A stretch of 64,000 nt of DNA from the NCBI GenBank assembly GCA_048885865.1, contig JBHLLF010000013.1, forward strand, positions 14,607 through 78,606, read 5' to 3'. Position 1 is the first letter of the stretch. Every line of letters starts with the position of its first letter. Below are positions 57,895 through 64,000 of the stretch, piece after piece. The DNA is from Candidatus Hermodarchaeota archaeon (GTDB lineage: Archaea; Asgardarchaeota; Thorarchaeia; Thorarchaeales; Thorarchaeaceae). Under the pieces are notes generated by a model, which saw only the letters and a program-made list of their open reading frames with translations, did no database searches and was not told where the DNA came from. Both the position numbers and the translations under genes were made by a program.

Positions 57895-58206
57895 GTGACA
57901 GCAAAGAAGACCGACGATAAGTCGGGCGATCAGAGTCACGGCGACTCGGTGATACTAGTAGGTAACAAGAATGTGATGTCTTATGTCCTAGCCTGCGTGA
58001 CTTTGTTCAACAAGGGTGCCGAGGAAGTCATAATTAAGGCAAGAGGCCGGCTAATAAGCCGCGCCGTTGATGTCGCCGAGATAACACGGCACAGATTCAT
58101 CTCCGAACTCAAAGTCAAGAGCATTGAGATTGATACAACTACCGTTCAGACGGACAAGGGAAGCGACTTGAACGTTTCAACAATTGATATCACACTCACA
58201 AAGTAA
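57895..58206 (+). CDS. albA: DNA/RNA-binding protein Alba
   Basis: [36 protein letters not shown]. Confidence 0.95.
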   Translation: MTAKKTDDKSGDQSHGDSVILVGNKNVMSYVLACVTLFNKGAEEVIIKARGRLISRAVDVAEITRHRFISELKVKSIEIDTTTVQTDKGSDLNVSTIDITLTK

Positions 58207-58280
58207 TGATCTGGAACATATTGTAGTCCTCACCCAGAAGCCCAGTCATTGCTGCGGCTTTGTGGGGTGAAGACAAAAAC

Positions 58281-58868
58281 ATGAAACTGCCAGTCTGTGT
58301 GTTTGATATTGAGTCTGACATGTTGTGCCCAATTTGCCAGCAGAGATTAGACAGGGGCGAGATTACTGATTTTGACATTGAGTTTTCCAAGTGGATTTTA
58401 GACAGGTCCAAGGAGTATCCTGGAATTGATGATCTGAATCTTCTTAGAGCAATAGAAACAGATGAGCGTCTGATACTGGTAGTCAAGAAGAAGAACAAAG
58501 AGATCCTTCTTGCCGCAGAGGGACTCATAAACGAGTTAATTGAAACTCATGGAGAAGTAATGGTCTTTGAAGCACCCATAAAGCTTCGAAAGATAGTGAG
58601 AAAGCTGATAGAACCAGCATTGGAGGTGGGTGTCAACAGCCTATATCTCCCCGAAGGAACAAAGGAGAGTATTGTGATGTTGAAACCAGAAGATCGGGAT
58701 CGCATCGCATATTCAAAAGAGGACCTTAGAAAGATAGTTTCCGCCGTGATGGGCGAGTCTGTTCTCTTTCAATATCAGGATGAGAGAATCGAGAAAGAGG
58801 GGGATTCCAGCGATGAGATCTTTGAAGAGAAGATGAGGGAATTCGCTGGAAAGGGCCGCAGACGGTGA
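58281..58868 (+). CDS. Archaeal NusA-like protein with N-terminal Cys cluster
   Basis: MKLPVCVFDIESDMLCPICQ..L..GEITDFD; GVNSLYLPEG; follows albA. Confidence 0.75.
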   Translation: MKLPVCVFDIESDMLCPICQQRLDRGEITDFDIEFSKWILDRSKEYPGIDDLNLLRAIETDERLILVVKKKNKEILLAAEGLINELIETHGEVMVFEAPIKLRKIVRKLIEPALEVGVNSLYLPEGTKESIVMLKPEDRDRIAYSKEDLRKIVSAVMGESVLFQYQDERIEKEGDSSDEIFEEKMREFAGKGRRR

Positions 58869-58869
58869 A

Positions 58870-60207
58870 TCAGACTCTGTGGATAGGGTCATTCTTCATA
58901 ATGTCACGCAATACTACTGTTGCATAGGATCCTTTTCTCAACTGGAAATGCAAGACCAGCTCATCCTCTTCACACTCTCCTCTGATTTCCTTCAGCATGA
59001 TTGAAAGAAGATGATATCCTCCAGCTGAATCAATTGCCTTACTCTTTGGTTTTCGGAAGTCCTGAAATCGTACATCTTCCTCCAGCATCAATTTCCTCAA
59101 CATATCTGTCTGGGAGGATGGAGGTGTTTTTGTCGAATATCCGGGGAGAGGAGCTGAGAGTCCATATTCACCAGACTGGACAAGCTTGACTCTCTCCTCG
59201 TGGTTCCTTTCTGTTACAAAGAGCCACGAATCTCGACCCGAATGCGGCTCATCAAGTTTGATGAGGAAGTCTCCCGGCACAGGAAGGTCGAGGGGGAGGG
59301 AGGATTCAGCTCGCTGGCTTATCAGACGATTGAACAGGTAGGACTGAAATGAATGAACAAAAATGGTAAGGACACGCGAGGGTATCCTTAGGATTGCCCG
59401 CTCGAATTCACCGGGATGTTTCATGAGGAATTTCATCACATCACGTTCATATCTCAAATCCTCTGGAAAGGCAGCAAGAATGCGTTCATTCGGTGATAGG
59501 TCATCAGCCAACTTGCGTCTGGCTTCAGTGATTTCCTCCGATTCATACTCGCTGGTCACTGAAAGCATGAGTTTCGCTGCTTCTTCAAAGTCATCCCTCA
59601 CAAGTGCCTTGCCAACCAAGTGAGTGAAAGGTCGAGTCACCCCAAATCTCTGGACACCAAAATAGTTGAGCAGGGGCTTTTTTGTCAGGGAATCAACAGT
59701 TGCCATTGCTTGGTCGCAGTCGGCGTCAATATCAGAGAGGCGAATTCTGAAGCGGTTTCCCCAAAGATCCCCAATCTGCACAGGATGCCGTACAGACTCT
59801 AAGTTACGTATCTCGATGCGAGATAGTCTTGTGCTCACTAGTCGCTCAGCTGATTTGAATGGAACAGCCATTTGCTGTGCTGTGATTGCTCGTTTGTCCT
59901 TTAGGCCGGCGTACGTGACAAGATGCTGGGGTAAGCCAAGTTCTGCTGCAAGAATAGTGGCGACATCCATGGTTGAAAGACCCATCTTCTGCACATCAAA
60001 TCGGATGAACTTTGATTTCTTTTCAGGGATTTGTGGTACTGGAGTTTCATCAGACCACTCTTTGACTATGATCAATCTTCCATCAGTTGTAATCTCTTCA
60101 ACGATGAAGTCCTCAAATCGAACCTTGAGCCTACCTCCAACTCCAGGAGTACTTGTGCTATAGAGTTCCATCCCAATTGACGCCTCTAAATGATGCGTCG
60201 TTCTCAC
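58870..60207 (-). CDS. truD: tRNA pseudouridine(13) synthase TruD/Pus7
   Basis: EDFIVEE, YAGLKDKRAITAQ, GDLWGNRF, NYFGVQRFG, GSYATVVLR. Confidence 0.95.
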   Translation of the reverse strand: MRTTHHLEASIGMELYSTSTPGVGGRLKVRFEDFIVEEITTDGRLIIVKEWSDETPVPQIPEKKSKFIRFDVQKMGLSTMDVATILAAELGLPQHLVTYAGLKDKRAITAQQMAVPFKSAERLVSTRLSRIEIRNLESVRHPVQIGDLWGNRFRIRLSDIDADCDQAMATVDSLTKKPLLNYFGVQRFGVTRPFTHLVGKALVRDDFEEAAKLMLSVTSEYESEEITEARRKLADDLSPNERILAAFPEDLRYERDVMKFLMKHPGEFERAILRIPSRVLTIFVHSFQSYLFNRLISQRAESSLPLDLPVPGDFLIKLDEPHSGRDSWLFVTERNHEERVKLVQSGEYGLSAPLPGYSTKTPPSSQTDMLRKLMLEEDVRFQDFRKPKSKAIDSAGGYHLLSIMLKEIRGECEEDELVLHFQLRKGSYATVVLRDIMKNDPIHRV

Positions 60208-60224
60208 GAAGACCTATCCACTCC

Positions 60225-60593
60225 TCATAGCAATTTCAGGTCACCAGTCAGTCTGTCTATCTTCTCTGCAGATCCAGGACCTACTGCGATGACTGTAGTC
60301 GTTCCCGGGGGTAGCTCGGTCATCCCTGCATCGCGAATCAATGCAAATGGTAAGCCTAAGTCCACAGCTATTCTTCGCAGATCCAGAAGTTCCTCCTCTG
60401 ATGCCACTTTCACAGCAACCTTCTTCTGCCCCTCAGTAAACCAAGCCTTCCATATATGTTGGTGAGTGACACGAACTCTTTCAGAGGCACTTACAGCACC
60501 ATGAGCGACTTGAACCGCTAGCTTGCCCTTACTCATTCCTAGGTCGGTTCGCACAGCTATAACTTGCTTGAACTTGAATTTCCGTAGACTCAT
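60225..60593 (-). CDS. pth2: Peptidyl-tRNA hydrolase 2
   Basis: KQVIAVRTDLGMSKGKLAVQVAH, GQKK, IRDAGMTE.PGT.T. Confidence 0.96.
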   Translation of the reverse strand: MSLRKFKFKQVIAVRTDLGMSKGKLAVQVAHGAVSASERVRVTHQHIWKAWFTEGQKKVAVKVASEEELLDLRRIAVDLGLPFALIRDAGMTELPPGTTTVIAVGPGSAEKIDRLTGDLKLL

Positions 60594-60672
60594 GACAGAT
60601 GCCTTCTATTTGCAGCGACATCTCATCCCTTGGAGAGAGATAAAAAGGGTGCCATATGTTGTAGTATAGAAG

Positions 60673-61884
60673 ATGAATCATTCTGAATATGATGCAATTG
60701 TAGTAGGCGGCGGTCCATCAGGGCTCATTTCGGCTCATAGAGTGGCGTCTAGCGATCACCGAGTTCTCGTGGTGGAAGAGCATGAAACTGTCGGAGAACC
60801 GGATCATTGTGCGGGTCTTCTAAGTGTGTCAGGTTTAGATTCTCTAGAGCTTCACCCTCCAGAGGATGTGATTCAGAACCATGTCATAGGTGCACGGATA
60901 TTCTCACCATCAGGTCATCATATCTATGTTGAGAGGGGAAAGCGTGAGGCACTTGTGATTGACAGAAGAAGGTTCGATCGATGGTTGGCAAATCGGGCCA
61001 TTGATGCGGGCGCCCGCATCATCACCAGTACAAAGGTAAAGCATATTCGGCGGAAAAATGGGAGAATAGCTGGTGTTCAGGTGAGTGGGGATGAAGTGAG
61101 TGATATCTCCTCATTGGTGGTGATTAATGCGGAAGGCTCACGATGCCAGATTTCCAAGCAAGCGGAATTGCCTGTAGTGCCACGCTCTAGCAAATATCCA
61201 GCTTTTCAAGTCGAAGTCTCAGGTGCAGACATTGATGATGATTTAGTAGAGATGTACTATGGTCGCACAACAGCACCCGGATTCTTTGCATGGATTATTC
61301 CACTACGGGATGGAAGAGCTAGGGTGGGCCTCGCAGCAAAGAATCAAGCAAAAAGTCGGCTGATTACTGCAATGCGGCATCATCCAATCATGAAAGAACG
61401 ATTGAAGCATGCATCAATACAGCGAACTCTAGGGGGTGTTGTTCTTGTTGGAATGCCCATCAAGAGGACAGTGAAGGACAATTTTCTTGTGGTTGGAGAT
61501 GCCGCAGGAATGGTCAAGCCAACTACCGGCGGAGGAGTCATTGTAGGAGCAATGGCTGCCAATGTAGCTGGTAGAATCGTTGCAGATGCCTTGTCGGATC
61601 AGAATCAATCCAACATAGACCTCAGCGAGTATGAAACATCGTGGAGGTCGCTCTTGCTGAAAGAACTCAGGACAATGTACATGACACAGAAGATTCTCTC
61701 TCTATTCTCAGACAAAGGCCTGGATTCTCTAGTTAGAGATGCGGGGCAATATGGACTGGTTGAAACTATAAGACGAGCGGGCGACATGGACATGCAGCGC
61801 AGAGTCATTCTTCGACTTCTTTCAAACCCTCTGACAATACTTGCCGGTCTAAAAGCAGCCAGATTCATAAATCCCCTCTTCTAG
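60673..61884 (+). CDS. Geranylgeranyl reductase-family flavoprotein
   Basis: VGGGPSG, CAG, FAWIIP, VGDAAGMVKPTTGGG. Confidence 0.9.
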   Translation: MNHSEYDAIVVGGGPSGLISAHRVASSDHRVLVVEEHETVGEPDHCAGLLSVSGLDSLELHPPEDVIQNHVIGARIFSPSGHHIYVERGKREALVIDRRRFDRWLANRAIDAGARIITSTKVKHIRRKNGRIAGVQVSGDEVSDISSLVVINAEGSRCQISKQAELPVVPRSSKYPAFQVEVSGADIDDDLVEMYYGRTTAPGFFAWIIPLRDGRARVGLAAKNQAKSRLITAMRHHPIMKERLKHASIQRTLGGVVLVGMPIKRTVKDNFLVVGDAAGMVKPTTGGGVIVGAMAANVAGRIVADALSDQNQSNIDLSEYETSWRSLLLKELRTMYMTQKILSLFSDKGLDSLVRDAGQYGLVETIRRAGDMDMQRRVILRLLSNPLTILAGLKAARFINPLF

Positions 61885-61945
61885 GCTGTTAGAACACCTT
61901 TATGAGCGCGGCAGACCTCAATTCTGCAAGCTGAGGTCCGTACGA

Positions 61946-63313
61946 ATGGATGAGCCATATGATCGGAGCATTCTTGGGACATCCAAGAGATTACTTGAGA
62001 GCTATGCGATCTGCAATCACTGCCTAGGGCGTCAGTTCGCCTGGCTGAGCACAAATACGTCGAACGAGGAACGAGGTGCTGCAATCAAGTTGACGCTCTC
62101 CATGATGGCGGATGAGGACCTTAAAACCGGTAACAAGCAAATGGGAGAAGAATTGATTGGCAGTCTCGCCGGGAACGGGATGTTTGAACCGGCCAAGGTT
62201 CTTGCCACACAGAGAGCCCTTGAATACAAGGAGCAGACTTCATGCCACCTTTGCTCAGTTGATGGAATCTCTGTCTTTGACAAATTGCCTGACATTGCAG
62301 AGAGGGCTAGAATTGCTATTAAGGCCATAGAGTTCAACTCTTTCCTAGTAGGATGCGTTGCATCCGCCGGTCTAGATGAGCGTCAAGATGAGATTAGAGG
62401 GGCGTTTGGTCTGCTGCATGGCGAGGCATTGAAGGCTGATGTGAATAGAGAGCTGGGGAAGATTCTACAAGACCTTTTGAAGCGCTCGGTAGATTTCAAG
62501 AATCCTGACATTGTCATTGTTTACAAAATGGATGAAGACAGAATAGAGGTCAATACAAATCCAATCTTCATTGAGGGCAGATATAGGAAATTGAAGCGAG
62601 GGGTTCCTCAGAGTAGATGGGATTGCGGAGAGTGTCGAGGAAAGGGTTGCGAGGAATGTGGTGGAACCGGGAGAAAGTATCCTGATTCGATATCTGAATA
62701 CATAGGAGAACCCACACAACAAGCTGCTCAAGGTACGAAGTTCAAGGTGCATGCCGCGGGAAGAGAAGACATCGATGTTCTAATGCTAGGTGATGGACGG
62801 CCCTTTGTTGTCGAGATTTCTGAGCCACTTGTTCGAGCCCCTAATCTGCAATTACTGGCTAAAGACATAAACAAGAAGGCAAGTGGCATTGTAGAAGTTG
62901 TGGATCTCAAAATAACTACACGGAAAAGAGCTCAGAAAATAAAGGATGAAGCCTCTGAAAATGTGAAGGAATATTCAGCGATCATACGAACTGAGGAGGA
63001 TTTGACATCCAAAGCATTGCAGGAAGCGGCGAAGGCACTCAGTGGCATAGATATTGAACAGCGCACTCCAAATAGAGTTGCTCATAGAAGAAGTGACCTG
63101 GTTAGAAGGAAACACATCTATGAGGTACGCCTTATGAAGAAAAAGAAGAAACTGCTTGAAGGCTTCTTTAAGGTCCAAGGTGGGACCTATGTCAAGGAGC
63201 TGATTTCTGGAGACAATAGCAGAACAGTCCCTTCACTGACAGAGAAACTGGGAACCGCTTGCGAGTGCACTGAACTCAATGTAACAGCGATTTATGAAGG
63301 AAACAGACCATAA
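61946..63313 (+). CDS. pus10: tRNA pseudouridine(54/55) synthase Pus10
   Basis: CNHCLGRQF, GRYRK..RGVPQSRW, AGREDIDV, QRTPNRV, GGTYVKELISGD. Confidence 0.95.
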   Translation: MDEPYDRSILGTSKRLLESYAICNHCLGRQFAWLSTNTSNEERGAAIKLTLSMMADEDLKTGNKQMGEELIGSLAGNGMFEPAKVLATQRALEYKEQTSCHLCSVDGISVFDKLPDIAERARIAIKAIEFNSFLVGCVASAGLDERQDEIRGAFGLLHGEALKADVNRELGKILQDLLKRSVDFKNPDIVIVYKMDEDRIEVNTNPIFIEGRYRKLKRGVPQSRWDCGECRGKGCEECGGTGRKYPDSISEYIGEPTQQAAQGTKFKVHAAGREDIDVLMLGDGRPFVVEISEPLVRAPNLQLLAKDINKKASGIVEVVDLKITTRKRAQKIKDEASENVKEYSAIIRTEEDLTSKALQEAAKALSGIDIEQRTPNRVAHRRSDLVRRKHIYEVRLMKKKKKLLEGFFKVQGGTYVKELISGDNSRTVPSLTEKLGTACECTELNVTAIYEGNRP

Positions 63314-63407
63314 TCCTTAAGTGGCGACCCTAGAGGGGATGCTGGACCTCGGGTGACCAGTTGACTTCAGGTGTGCCGAGGTACAGATTTCAGTAAGATG
63401 ATGTCCC

Positions 63408-63704
63408 ATGGTCAAAAAGAGTCACGGCTACCGTGCTAGAACGCGAAGCCTGATGAGCAAGAGAGTGCGGCAGCGCGGGATTAGCTCGCTGAGTGGATTG
63501 CTCGTTGATTATGAGGTAGGCCAACGTGTAGACATAGTCATCAATCCTAGCGTACACAAAGGTATGCCGCATCGCAGATATCATGGGAGAACCGGCGTGG
63601 TCATGGGAAAACGGGGTCGAGGAATCATTGTCGATGTCGGGCTCGGCAATTCGACAAGGACTCTCATCATCCGACCCGATCATCTCCAACCAAGTAGAGG
63701 TTGA
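63408..63704 (+). CDS. rpl21e: 50S ribosomal protein eL21
   Basis: SHGYRARTR, KGMPHRRYHGRTG, RPDHL. Confidence 0.97.
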   Translation: MVKKSHGYRARTRSLMSKRVRQRGISSLSGLLVDYEVGQRVDIVINPSVHKGMPHRRYHGRTGVVMGKRGRGIIVDVGLGNSTRTLIIRPDHLQPSRG

Positions 63705-63710
63705 TGGAAG

Positions 63711-64000
63711 ATGCCCAAGGAAATTGTCAGTGAGGAGGAGGTCACTCTTCCAAGGGTGAAGAAGCTGCTCTCACAGAGAGCAAAAGAAAGTGAACTGTCT
63801 TTCCAACAGAATATCACTCTAGAGCATGCCTCTGGTTTCTCAAAGATGGCTCCAGCGGTTGCGGATAAGCTCCTGGTCCGCCTGATGAAGAACTTCAATC
63901 TTACTCGGGCACAAGCCGTCCAGGTGGTGAATATTGCTCCCACAACTCCTGAAGAAATGAGAACCATCTTGGATGCGAGGTCCACTGATATAACTGATGA
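63711..64000 (+). CDS. rpo4: RNA polymerase subunit Rpo4/F (3' end outside window)
   Basis: MPKEIVSEEEVTLPRVKKLL..R...ELSFQQNITLEHA..FSK...VVNIAPTTPEEMRTIL; directly follows rpl21e. Confidence 0.9.
   Translation, partial: MPKEIVSEEEVTLPRVKKLLSQRAKESELSFQQNITLEHASGFSKMAPAVADKLLVRLMKNFNLTRAQAVQVVNIAPTTPEEMRTILDARSTDITD

Noticed and set aside
1-64000. CRISPR arrays, rRNA, transposases and the many short overlapping ORFs in the track
   Set aside because: No regularly spaced repeats or recognisable motifs seen by eye; the overlapping ORFs are shadows of well-supported genes

Overview
Chromosomal window from an archaeon, most likely Asgard and probably Thorarchaeia. This assignment is inferred from two tandem Asgard-type profilins, eL38, eL40, eL21, Rpo4, Alba, Pus10, TruD and archaeal TATA/SD signals. 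The left ~30 kb is accessory and metabolic: a sulfotransferase next to an SCP2-arylsulfotransferase fusion, LRR and TPR proteins, GNATs, MsrA, peptidases, MFS/ABC/OPT transporters and several regulators. The middle holds a 7-gene MoxR/DUF58/DUF4350/DUF4129 operon headed by a 2044-aa membrane-anchored Ig-repeat protein whose transglutaminase-like domain has lost its catalytic triad. The right part is mostly housekeeping (thrC, NSUN, Nip7-like, PAC2, sucCD, r-proteins, RNA-modification enzymes). The best signals not shown in the ORF track are: (1) an operon of four translationally coupled 29-40 aa peptides (24888-25311, minus strand) with its own TATA box and palindromic operator, divergent from a wHTH regulator, two of them sharing the C-terminal motif STxAIxxAYxYR; (2) tRNA-Val(CAC) with a 35-nt BHB intron at non-canonical position 45/46; (3) a matched operator pair TGTCAC-N7-GTKACA around a TrmB/ABC-exporter module; (4) several structured intergenic RNA or small-ORF candidates. 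Also notable, within the ORF track, is a catalytically dead Hel308-like protein with an inserted SWIM zinc finger. No CRISPR array, rRNA or mobile element was seen. All assignments come from motif recognition by eye; no database searches were run.
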